Below are positions 52,680 to 63,819 of a stretch of 64,000 nucleotides of DNA, one piece after another; the stretch's first letter is position 1, and each line of letters opens with the position of its first letter. A model generated the notes under the pieces. That model was not told where the DNA came from. It did no database searches and worked only from the letters and a program-made list of their open reading frames with translations. The position numbers and the translations under genes are program-made. Origin of the DNA: Pseudovirgaria hyperparasitica (Eukaryota). The stretch lies in NCBI GenBank assembly GCA_010093815.1, contig ML996579.1. One strand, 5' to 3'.

Positions 52680-54568
52680 ATGTCTGGCGCTTTGAGAAGC
52701 ATAAAGAATGTCACGAAAGGATACTCCTCAGTAGAAGTAAAGGTTCGCAATGGTATGAAATATCTTTCACGACTTGCCGACAGCCCAACTGACGGTATCA
52801 GCTACAAGCAACGATCCGTGGGGCCCTCCGGGTTCTGACATGGCCGAAATTGCCTCGATGACCTTCAATAGGTTTGTATCTCTTGCAAGTAGAAAGACTA
52901 ACCTCCCAGCTGATACCGTTATAGCAACACCGATTTCTACCAAATCATGGACATGCTAGACAAAAGATTGAACGACAAGGGCAAGAACTGGCGACATGTG
53001 CTCAAATCCCTCAAGGTACTCGACTATTGTCTACACGAGGGCTCCGAGCTCGTGGTGACCTGGGCTCGCAAAAACATATATATAATCAAAACGCTGCGTG
53101 AGTTCATCTACATCGATGAAGAGGGTCGCGACGTCGGTGCCAATGGTAGGTCTGCCTCCTAAGAAGCTTGGGAAGCGTGCTAATTCACTCTTTAGTCAGA
53201 CACTCGGCGAAAGAGCTCACATCACTTATCCTCGATGAAGAACGATTGCGCACGGAAAGAGCGGACCGAAAGACTTGGAAGTCGCGGGTGACCGGATTGG
53301 ATGAGTATGGCCCTCCTGGAAGTCATCATCACGAGCCGCCGAAGCGACGCGAGAGGCCCAGACGGACTGACGAAGAGGATCTCGAGTACAAGCTCGCTAT
53401 AGAAGCCAGTAAGAACGAGGCAGAGGAAGACCGGAAAAGGCGTGAAAGAAACGCTGGCGCGGCCGATGACGACGACGATCTTGCAAAAGCAATCAAACTC
53501 AGTAAAGAAGAGGAAGAGCTTCGGCGACGAGAGCTGGAGGAGTCGAACGCAAACTCACTCTTTGATGATACCCCGAGTCAACCTGCTGCGTCGCAACCTA
53601 CCGGGTTTAATCAGGGGTACCAGCAGCAGGGAGCCGTAGATTGGTATGGAAATCCAGTAGATCAGCAGCAGTCACAGAACACTGGATTTCTTAACAACGC
53701 CTATTCCCAGCCGACCGGAATGCAAGGCCAACAAACAGGCTTTCAGAACGGTTTTGGTTATGGGTACCAGCAGTCGCAACAACCCCAACAGACAGGCTTT
53801 GACCAGTTTGCTCAGCAGAACTTCATGCAGCCTCAACAGACATCCTTCAACATGAATAATCCGTACGGACAACAGATGAATGGGGGTGGTTTTGGCCAAC
53901 AAGGTTCTTTCGGACAGCAACAGCAACAGGAACAACCACAACAGCCACAAGAGCAGCAAAGCACGCTGCAAGCTGGCAGCCATAACCCCTGGTCATCAAA
54001 CCAGCAACAGCAAGATTCCATGAAGCCGCAGCCCACCGGATCCAATAATCCATTCGCACCATCGTTCGGTAAGCCGCAGCAACAGCAGCAACAGCACATT
54101 CCGACACTGGGTTCCCTCCAGGAGATCCAAGAGCAAAAGACACAAACACAATTCAACAATCAAAACTTCAATCCACCCCTGTCTTTTGGCACACCACAGC
54201 AAGCACAGCCACAGAAACAAGCTCAACCTCAAGACCCGCATCACGCTCAACTCAACGCACTGCTGGCGTCGGGTGACGGCCAGGACACGTTCGGCAATAC
54301 AGGAAACCTTCGTATTCCCGCACAACACACGGCACCGGGCACGTTTGTCAATTCGGCTGGAGCTGGCCTGAACCGCTTGAACGCGAACCAGACGGGCAAC
54401 AATCCGTTCCTCAACTCGCAGTTCACAGGCATGCCCCAACAAACGGGTTTCACGCAAAATAGGCTGATGCCGGCGCAGACCGGGCCGGCTGGTGGTTTTG
54501 GTGGGAACAATCCGTTTGGGAGGCAGCAGGGTCAGCAGCAGCAAGGCGGGAGCTTGATAGATCTTTGA
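52680..54568 (+). CDS. ENT2: Epsin (ENTH domain, 2 UIMs, NPF motifs, clathrin box)
   Basis: Introns 52753..52801, 52872..52924 and 53146..53195. KVRNATSNDPWGP, KGKNWRHVLKSL, UIMs (LAIEASK, AIKLSKEE), NNPF x3 and C-terminal SLIDL. Confidence 0.95.
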
Positions 54569-55329
54569 GGTTTGCGGTGCATGCGGGGGGCGTGAGGAGT
54601 GATGAATAGTGAAGGGATGGTTTGAAAGAGAACTATGCGTCAAGAGCGTGGGCCTTCCATCTGGCTGGAATATTCTATCATTGGTTGGTGGGTTGGGATT
54701 GTACAGATTGAGATTAATTTTGCCCGGATTTGGTGATCGGATTTGTGTGGCTACTACTAGAGCACACTCGCAGGAGAGAGACACAAACCCTACTACCTAA
54801 CTACCTACCTACTACTTTGACTACTTAAATACCTATAGCTCTTTTTACTTTTCTTCTTGGGCTTCATTACACTATCGATGTCTCTCTCTATGCCGTTTCG
54901 ATCTCATACCGAGTCGTTGTCGGTGTATTTGTGTCTCTGCCTGTCTGTGCCTGCCGTTCTGTGAGTCTGTGTCTTCCATTTGTGAATCTCACGCGTTTTC
55001 AGAGACAATTTTCTTGTCTTGTCTTGTTGTTGGGTTATGCTTGGCTGGCTCTAGTCTTGTTATTGCTCTGGGCAGACCGTTTTTTTATGGGTTGGCAGGC
55101 TGTGCATAGATATGCCTGTTTGCATGTGTGAGAGAGGGATCAGATCCTACGGAAGCTGTGTGATGTGTGTTGTGTAGGAGCCGGGGAATTCGAGACTTGT
55201 TGTGGTGGTATTGTAAGAGCTGATCTTCCGGATCAAGACAATCAGTTGAAATGATGCTCTCTACAAGCAAAACACTCTTCTTGGACACGTTTAGCTGCCT
55301 GAACAACACCTTGGACTAAGTTTCCGATG

Positions 55330-56390
55330 TGTGTGACTAAAGTGAATCCTTCGATAGTTTAGATGGATAGAGAAATTCCAACACTTCTTACCAGGCAGAG
55401 TCAGTAAAGACTACGATTAATTGGGCTACTCTTATATATCTAAGTTCAAGGATCTCTCCATGATTCATAAGGATAGCGAGATGCAAGCGTTCTTTACTAG
55501 GTAGAGTCACTAAGAATTACCATTAATGGCAGTCTTTTAATATATATAACTTATGTATTTTCTCTTTAACTTATATAGATAGTAACGTCCTAGTACTTCT
55601 CTTTCGATAGACTTACTACTAACTATAATTAGAGATACTATTATATTATATCTAACGGTACTAATCTCTCTAAAGCTTACATAGATAACATATTCTAAGT
55701 ATTATCTACTAGATAGAACTAGTAAAGGATATAACTAAAGAAGCTACTCTAGTAGATCTAACGTATATATTTTCTTTATAGTCTAGATAGATAGTAAACT
55801 TCTAGTATTTCTTACTAAATAGATTTACTAATTACTATAATTAGATATACTATATTAATATAATTAATATAAGTAATTTCTCTATCATTTCTATAGAGAA
55901 TAGAATCTAAGTATATTTCTTTAGATAGAATTACTAATTATTCTAATTATAGATACTACTCTAGTATATCTAACTTAATATTTCTCTTCTAATTTAGATA
56001 GATAATAGAACTTAAGATCTTTCTTTTCTATATAACTACTAAATATTATAATAGAAGAAGCTATTCTAAACTATCTAACTTTAATATTTCTCTTTAATCT
56101 ATATAGATAGTAATAATCTTATATATCTAGCTAGAGTATTTTCTCTATAGATATTATAGATAGTTATATATTTATATATTTAGCTAGACTATTCTCTCTA
56201 TACTTTATATAGATATTACTAATATATATTTAATATATAAGTAGATCTTATGTCTGGTTATATAGATAGTATAAGTAAATTATATATAAGCTTAAGAGTT
56301 GCTTTCTATCTTATATAGATAGTAGAATTTTAGATGGATAAGATTAATAGAATATTCTCTTAAGTAAATAGATAAGTAGTAACATAGCGC
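55330..56390. repeat. AT-rich, RIP-like tandem array: seven ~106-bp units followed by five 53-bp units
   Basis: TAGAT(AG)-type anchor at 55364, 55470, 55576, 55682, 55788, 55894, 55999 and 56104 (spacing 105-106), then 56157, 56210, 56263, 56316 and 56369 (spacing exactly 53). Most anchors have a TCTCT-like pyrimidine motif 15 nt upstream. TpA-rich and CpA/TpG-poor. Confidence 0.85.
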
Positions 56391-56802
56391 TTTCTAATAG
56401 TAGACTACTTTAAATTTCGGTTAACTCAAGTCTACCGTCGTAGTATAAGATAATTAAACCTAGCTATGTATGACCTATATCGATTAAGTCTAGTAACTAC
56501 TTATACAGATTATAAGGACTATAAGAATATTAAAACTACTATTACGTCTAGATCTAAAGTAATATAACCCTCGTTGAAATGACGAGAATTAAAAGAGTGT
56601 CTACTGCATATATTAAGAAAGAATTCATTAGCGAGGCACATACTATGAATCGTTATTCATCACGTAGAATCTAGTAACACCGAGAAGGTTATTCAACAAT
56701 TGCTTCCCCTAAACATAGGGACCAAGGACAGTCATTAGCATAGCTAAGATAGCTTCTAGTATACATTTTTGATAGTGCCATCATCATGTACCGTTGCCGG
56801 GC

Positions 56803-58047
56803 TCAAGTAGACATGTCATCTGCTTTTCTCTTTCTTTCCAGCTCACTAAGGAAGAGCTCGCTGGTCGCGAACTTCTCCTCCTCGTGTCTTTGGGCGGCGA
56901 TGCGTAACGCTCGCATCTGTCCAATCAACCGGCGCTTCGACTTTATCTCTTCTAAGGTCATGTCCGGTGCCAGACTCAGGTATGGAATTACATACTCTGG
57001 GTAAAGCGCCATCAGCTCTGTCAAGGTTGTGCGGCTCTGATCAGTCTCTCCCATCGGGGGGTCGATGCCAAACCCCTGAGGGGCTGGGCCAGCGTCCTCT
57101 CCAAAGCCGATGTCAGGCCCAGTGTTGGTATGCTGCTCTTCGTGGACTGATCCCCGATTGGATTCATTGTGAGCTCCACTTGGAGCATTGAAGGTATTAT
57201 GATTGTCAATCGTATTTCTCGCTCCATTCCAACTGTCGTCGTTGTTGTTGTTGTTACTCCTATTTTTATTGTTTCTCGGAGCTTCGATGCCGTGAAGAGG
57301 GAGCGGTGCTTCTTGTACATTGCTACGTGGGGGACTGAAGCTGACTTGCCGTATTGGGTACCCAGAATCTATATACTGGATTTCGGGTTGGGAAGAATCG
57401 TTGCCTGTGAAATTTCGAGGGGACGATACGGTCGATGATTGCATCATGTGTCCTAGAGGTCTGGTCACGCCGCTGCCTTGAGGTCTTTTACCATCTCTTT
57501 GACTTTTGATAGTACTGTTATGCCGTTTGAGGCTTTCGTGAAGAGTCGGAAGATTCTTGAAGTCGGACAGAGCTTTGTCCACGTGAACTGCTTGTATGCC
57601 GAGATAAACCCCTTCTTGATGCTTTTCGGAAGGTAATGAACCATCACTCTGTGCCTTGGCTAGAACATGTTTGACAATGCCAGCTTTTGCGACGGCTGGA
57701 TTGTTGATACAGCGTGATAGAACAGAGATGGCTTTACAGAAGTCCTCTGGCCATTCACCATACTCTTGGTGGACCTTTCCGTCTTTGTACGGAGCGAAGA
57801 TGCCCGAGTACATTTCATGCAGTTCGGCGTGTGTCAGAGCCCAGTTCTTGCAAGCTGCTTCCTTATAGATAACAGATTGTGAGTTTGAGACTGTATTGGT
57901 GCGATCGTTATCAATATCATTGTTGAGCTGTGAGTTTTCCGCGATCGAGGGGAGAACAGGAGAATTCTGTTCAGCTTTGATCGAATCGCTTCTAGAGGCA
58001 GCCGATGACTGTGCGCGACGGCTTGATGCACGTGTAGTTCTTTTCAT
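56803..58047 (-). CDS. Hypothetical protein, orphan family paralog A (414 aa)
   Basis: Long intact ORF sharing motifs CKNWALTHAEL, EW, GIQAVHVDKA and YPEYVIPYLSLAPDMT with paralogs B and C. Confidence 0.8.
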   Translation of the reverse strand: MKRTTRASSRRAQSSAASRSDSIKAEQNSPVLPSIAENSQLNNDIDNDRTNTVSNSQSVIYKEAACKNWALTHAELHEMYSGIFAPYKDGKVHQEYGEWPEDFCKAISVLSRCINNPAVAKAGIVKHVLAKAQSDGSLPSEKHQEGVYLGIQAVHVDKALSDFKNLPTLHESLKRHNSTIKSQRDGKRPQGSGVTRPLGHMMQSSTVSSPRNFTGNDSSQPEIQYIDSGYPIRQVSFSPPRSNVQEAPLPLHGIEAPRNNKNRSNNNNNDDSWNGARNTIDNHNTFNAPSGAHNESNRGSVHEEQHTNTGPDIGFGEDAGPAPQGFGIDPPMGETDQSRTTLTELMALYPEYVIPYLSLAPDMTLEEIKSKRRLIGQMRALRIAAQRHEEEKFATSELFLSELERKRKADDMST

Positions 58048-60422
58048 CTTGATAGAAAAATGGCCGTGATGTTAGAACTTGAGATAGATAAATGCAATGA
58101 TTGGAGGAGGGTGAGTTTGGGGATAGTGTTTGTAAGACAGGAAAGTAGGATCTATATTGAGAAGTGTGGGTTACGGAAGCCGGCATGAGATAACCCGTGA
58201 ACTTGAGTGTTTTGCCGAACAGTCTTAAGGGGTCGCTGTGTTCCTGTCTATCGGACTGTATTTAACCATGGTTTTCACATTATTCCTCGCAAACAGCTCC
58301 TTAGCTACCGGTCCTCTCTAATCATAGTTCCAAAGAGTTACACTTAAATAGTTGGGACTACGTATCACCAGCAACTTAGACATTATGGCCTTGGAGCCAA
58401 AAAAAGCAGCCATAAGTCTTGATATACTTAAAGATCCAAAGCTCGAAGTAAACATATAAGCACCGGATGGAATTTTTTGAGGCGACGGACGAGCAAGACA
58501 AAGGAGAATCTGGGTGGATATGTGATCTGCTTCCACAGAATCTCAGGAAAGATAATCTCAAAAGATTCTAGTTGATGCTAAGGATATTCTTCCAAAGCGC
58601 CTTAAAAAACTTTATGATTCTTCTAAAGTATGACAGTGGACACGAGATTATGATCCTATTAGGACAATATAGGTAGATTCAAGCCACTTTTCCCCCTTAT
58701 AGTTGTGTCCTGAGCTAATGTGACATTCTTAAATGTTGTGATACCAGATGAAGTCATTGTTCATCTCTTTCAAGATCCGTGATATGCATCAAATCTAGGC
58801 TTTCTCTACGCACGTAACTGTGCAATCAACAATTGACAGTGTCATACCCCTTTCAGCCACCGAGCTATTGAAACGTTGGGGTAGAAGGATATAGTCAAGG
58901 CTTAAGGGGTTATATTAGCTGAGCATACAGATTTGCTAAGAAGAAAAGTTGAGGTGGAATCTACACGCGTCTTGTTAAGTGTAAACTGACTTGTAAGATT
59001 GTGTATGATGACTTTCTCCAATATATGTCGCCTATAATATAATAAGCTTCGTCTTGTGAATAACCATGAACTAATCTTTTGAGTATATTCTCATTTGTAA
59101 TAGGCGTCGCTACAATGCGGCATTGTACATCGGAACAGTGGAGTCTGACTCTTAGATATCAGAGGTGCTATTTGGACGGTGGGTCGTCGTTAGTCTTCCC
59201 ATGATTGATCCACCTACTATGTACCGATTACACCGAAAACGAGGCTCTAATATCCTGGAGCTACAACGGATATATATCGAACAAAGCATACTAAGGCAGA
59301 GCAGCTTCTCGTACCCTCCGATTCGACAATTTTAGCGGTAAAGAAACTAGACCAGCCATGGCGAACGAACCAAGGGAAAGCGAGAACGGTGAAACTCACG
59401 TGGTAGTGGTGATAGGCCTGGCAAGTACAACAGCAGAGATATCCAGCTGATCCACTATTGCGTAGAACGCACCACGATAATTAGATATTCCACTGCCAGA
59501 GCACCTCAGACGAACCGTAAGTCAATCGTCCTTCATTGCTTCTATCAAAGGCCTTCCTGACAGTCTCTCCGACCTTTCAGTAGCTCCATGAAGGAAGTCG
59601 CTAGAAAACCTTTCTCTAAAATTCGGTAGACACAAATGCTTAGTCTCGGGTGACTCCTTCTCCACCACTATTAGACGACACGAGAATCTCCTTTCATATC
59701 TTCGCAGGACCAAATTATACACACATTGACAATGATGAAGGTGGAATATACATGGCCTAAACAGCCAGCCTCACAAAATTAAAGACTATCATGTCTTTGT
59801 ACCAGAAGTTCAAGATATCATCCCTGTGTTATGGCGATATAGAGATCTGACAGATATCGAGACTATAAAAGCGTTATTGATAACATGATGGCTTTCAATA
59901 TTACATAACAAGTCAAAGATATGCCCGATGACCTCTCTTTGTACGAGCTTCGACCTCATTGAAAGAAAAGGATGAACATCATGTGTAGGATACCATTCTG
60001 GGTCTGGTCAGGAAGTCAGTGGGAACTATTCTAGATCAAGGTCGGATAAATCATTCTGTTATTGAAGAAGCTATCTATGTGCGTTCGTGGGGCAAAAGTC
60101 GCCTTCAACGATCTCACTACAGTACATGCTGCTCTGCTAAAGAAGGTGAGATACTACCAAGTATCTTCTAGTCTTTGTCTAGTGTGCATGTGAAAATACA
60201 ATATTACATTGAACGAAACCTCGACGTCCTGCCAAAGGGGGATTACAGCAGGAAACAAAAGCAGCTTAAAGCTCGAATCAATATCGAAGTGACAAGACCT
60301 TCAACCAAGATGACAATCCGATATGAACGCCATCAATGACACAACGCCCTTCCACAGCAACCAATGCCATCAACAGTGCCTAATCTTCACCAATTTTCTT
60401 TCAACCCTCAATATACCTATGT

Positions 60423-61805
60423 CTATCCCTCGGCAAGTTCTTCATCCCCAGTTTCATCTCCTGCCATGCTATTATCATTGCCTTCGTCCTCCAATGCTCC
60501 AGCAATCCTCTCTCGACCCTCGAGAAAAAGTTTAGAAAGACCGAGTCGAGCCTGCTCCTCAGGGCTCTCGAATTTCGGCAAGCTCCTCATGTAGTCGATC
60601 ATGAGGACCTTTGTGTTGAGATCCGTGAAACTCATGGCCGTATCAAGTGTCAGATACGGAGAGGAGAAGTGAGGGAGGAATCTCGCGAGATCTTCAAGCG
60701 TATGGAATGTGTCGTGGTTAGCAAAACGAGCATAGTACTCAGGGAGATTGTGGCTGGAAGTAGGCACAAGCTGGTTCTTGTTGGCAGTCTCAGAGCTCTG
60801 AGGGTCATGGTCGATGGAGCTGCTGGCCCTGTCATTTGAAGGTGGAGAAGTGGAGCTGTTCTCGCGCGACGCTTCAGAGCTTTCTTGCCTGTTGCTATCG
60901 ATGGTGTGTTCGTCTGACTGATTCATCAGTAATTGGTCATATGGTGGAGCATGCACGTTTCCGTTCTGTAGCATTGTCTCACCGGGTTGAGTATCCGCAT
61001 CTCCATGAATCATTGCCCCGTTATGGAGATGGTCAGACGTAGTAGAATCATCTGCATCTCTGATACTGAGTCCATTTTCAGAATTACCATCGTTGACATC
61101 ACTGCCATGGAGGCTGCGATGTTGATTTCCCTCAGAAGCGTTGGGTCCACGACGGGTGCGGGTACGTCTGATGCTTTCGTGATATGGCTGGAGGCCGTCG
61201 TTGTCACTCAGTTCGTCGTCCCAACGCGACTTACGCTTCTGGGGCCTGGGTAAGAAAATTTCGTCTAGTTCTGTTTTGCTCTTTTGGGTAATCTCGTCCA
61301 GTAACTTGGGCTCTCTCGCAATTGTATCACAAGCTGCATCGATATCCCCTCTCTTGACACCACATTGATTTTTGTGGGAATTCTTTCCCTTGCGATCCTT
61401 TGTATGCTGGAGGACGACTATCCTTGCGATTTCCGGCAGATTCGTAGTCAATTTAGACAGAGACAAAAGACTGTGAAACAGAGTTCCCGGCCATTCATGA
61501 ATGGAAGAGAAAGCTATACCATGCTGATTGACGAATACATCGTCCTTGGAGAACATAGTTCCTAGGTCTGCCACCGTGAAGTCCCAATTCAGGCAAATCT
61601 TTTGTATAATATCGACGATACGCTGTGGGTGAGCTTCTGAAACAGACTCTATGGTTATCGATGGCCTGCTGTCGCATGATTCATCGTCAGATCTATCTGG
61701 TGTTACTTTTGACGTCGAAGTGGACCTCTCGTCGCTCTTGGGAGCAGTGCTACTCATCAGAGGTGTGGACCCTCCTTCCGAGTGTTGTGGGGATGATGGA
61801 TCCAT
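60423..61805 (-). CDS. Hypothetical protein, orphan family paralog B (460 aa)
   Basis: Long intact ORF with CLNWDFTVADL, EW, GVKRGDIDAA and LPHFSSPYLTLDTAMS; basic NLS-like PRPQKRKSR. Confidence 0.8.
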   Translation of the reverse strand: MDPSSPQHSEGGSTPLMSSTAPKSDERSTSTSKVTPDRSDDESCDSRPSITIESVSEAHPQRIVDIIQKICLNWDFTVADLGTMFSKDDVFVNQHGIAFSSIHEWPGTLFHSLLSLSKLTTNLPEIARIVVLQHTKDRKGKNSHKNQCGVKRGDIDAACDTIAREPKLLDEITQKSKTELDEIFLPRPQKRKSRWDDELSDNDGLQPYHESIRRTRTRRGPNASEGNQHRSLHGSDVNDGNSENGLSIRDADDSTTSDHLHNGAMIHGDADTQPGETMLQNGNVHAPPYDQLLMNQSDEHTIDSNRQESSEASRENSSTSPPSNDRASSSIDHDPQSSETANKNQLVPTSSHNLPEYYARFANHDTFHTLEDLARFLPHFSSPYLTLDTAMSFTDLNTKVLMIDYMRSLPKFESPEEQARLGLSKLFLEGRERIAGALEDEGNDNSMAGDETGDEELAEG

Positions 61806-62931
61806 CCTTGAGTAACGACAAAAATTTGATACGTAGAGGTCTATGGTGCGTATTGAGAGTATAAGAGGCGCGTGGCGGTTCTAATGTCTTGGCAACAAAT
61901 TTGAAAGCTATGACGGAAGTAAACAAGACAGGGCGTGGGACGTAGGAGATCTACAGGAACTGTGTGTATTCCTTCTTTTCCTATAGGTACAGCACATAAC
62001 AAAGGTGCCCACCACTACAGATCTATGTAGTATACTAGGATACACTTCACTTGTATATCAGCACGCACATGTCACTCTGCTTATAGATGAGTTCAATATC
62101 GCTGGGTGGAGGAACAGTATACTCCGAATCTGAGGAAGATGAATGCAAAATAAAGACTTACTACGAGCAGCTTCTGCAATATGGTAACATAATATCTACA
62201 ATATGCGCTTATTTACAACCGGGGCGCATCCTGATAGTCCTCTTATCAATAGCACAAACTCCTCCAGACTCGAGACAAAAAGTGAGCAAACTTGCTTCGA
62301 GGTGTAGATTCCCTCAACTCTATCTTTCCGAGGGTGATATATTGCTATGATCTCCACGTTTCAAATCGTCCCGAAGACTGAAATTGTTGAGGATGAACAG
62401 TGGACTGTATCAGGCTACCCCTGAGCTATGAAAACTCACTTTGATGATTCTTGACAAGGGAAGTGGGTACTGGAAAGTTCACCCCAATGAGATCGATTAT
62501 CATAGAGATGAGAAGAGCAGCTATTGGAAGACAACTGTGTTACCCAACGGAAGAGCCACTGATGAACTGTGTTCGCACTCATTATTACTTAGAGGGTAAT
62601 TAGGGTCAGTGATCGATTCAAACTACAAAGTGCTTAGAAATGGATTACGAGCATAGCATTTCTAGGGAACGAGTTATAGCACGGTCGTGCACGCCGTAGT
62701 CATAGTCATGTAGATCTGTTGTCCCGGCGACCCACTTCACTCCGGAGTGTCTTATCGAGCTACAGGGTTTTCGTCTTGTCAAGTCCTTCCCTGAGCTCCA
62801 CTAAACAAGTTCATACACTACCAGCCACTCTTCTCAACGACACTCTTATGTATGTAACAAGCAGTGATTATGTAAGATCTCAGCACAGTCTAGTCCTAAC
62901 TTCACGTTTAGCTGCGCTCGTGTTCTCGAAG

Positions 62932-63819
62932 ATGGCCTCTCGCCGCAAATGCAAAGATGCTACGGCCGTCCGCATCGACAACGATATCTCCGAAATATGT
63001 CGAATTTGGGGTATGACATACTTTGAGCTCGAAAGACTTCTTTCCAGCAATGGATTGAGCAACTCCAGTGGCAAACCCACGCCCAATATCAAAGACTGGG
63101 CAGTTACAATAAGCAGATATCTGAAGAGATTGGCCACTCTCGAAGCTGATCCACAAACTGCTATGGGACTCATTCTTTTCGAATCAAAGAAAAGAAATGA
63201 TGATGATGCGCGTACTTTCCATGCCTTTAGGGGCATTCTTGGTGTTGACGTGGATCGTGCTGTAAAAGCTCTGGAATCTCGCAATGGTGCTGCTCATCGA
63301 GTGGGTACTATCACCCGACCCCAGGAGCGCACTACGGGCCCTACGAATGAAAACATCAATCAAGGCAATCAAAATAGCCACCAGTTGACCGCCCATCAGG
63401 CACCACTCAACTCAAACAATCGAAACGGCCAGCCGGCCATTACTGAAGGTCCTATACGCAACGCAAATGCTCGCCCAAATATTCCTAACATGGCCCCTCC
63501 TGTTGATCGCAATGGGCTTCCACCTCTCCACGACGTTTCTCTGCAGATGGCATTCAGCGAGTTTTGGCCACGTTATGCAATGCCCGCGCTAGGAATTCAC
63601 GGGGCAATGACGACTAACGAGATTAACGTCAAACTTGAGTTCGTCCAGCATTTGATGGACCTGGAAAGGAGTGAGAAAGCAGTGGTACAGAAAGAGGCAC
63701 AAGCAATACAGAGATTGGTGGACGCGGAAAAGCACCAGGTCACCCTCGAGAAGTTGGAGCTGAACAAGCAGTATCTGGAGGCGATCAAGAGGGAGAAGCA
63801 GATGAGGGGGGAGATGTAG
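62932..63819 (+). CDS. Hypothetical protein, orphan family paralog C (295 aa from ATG 62932)
   Basis: CRIWGMTYFEL, DW, GILGVDVDRA and WPRYAMPALGIHGAMT, then a coiled-coil-like C-terminus. A putative 5'-UTR intron 62850..62911 (GTATGT...CTAAC...TAG) argues against the longer TTG-start ORF. Confidence 0.8.
   Translation: MASRRKCKDATAVRIDNDISEICRIWGMTYFELERLLSSNGLSNSSGKPTPNIKDWAVTISRYLKRLATLEADPQTAMGLILFESKKRNDDDARTFHAFRGILGVDVDRAVKALESRNGAAHRVGTITRPQERTTGPTNENINQGNQNSHQLTAHQAPLNSNNRNGQPAITEGPIRNANARPNIPNMAPPVDRNGLPPLHDVSLQMAFSEFWPRYAMPALGIHGAMTTNEINVKLEFVQHLMDLERSEKAVVQKEAQAIQRLVDAEKHQVTLEKLELNKQYLEAIKREKQMRGEM

Noticed and set aside
55330..56390. CRISPR array interpretation of the periodic repeat
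   Set aside because: Eukaryotic context, no cas genes, no identical direct repeats, and inter-motif segments are related to each other as in a satellite.
62719..62931. 71-aa N-terminal extension of paralog C in the ORF track
   Set aside because: TTG start, and it spans a canonical-looking 62-nt intron; homology to A and B begins only after ATG 62932.
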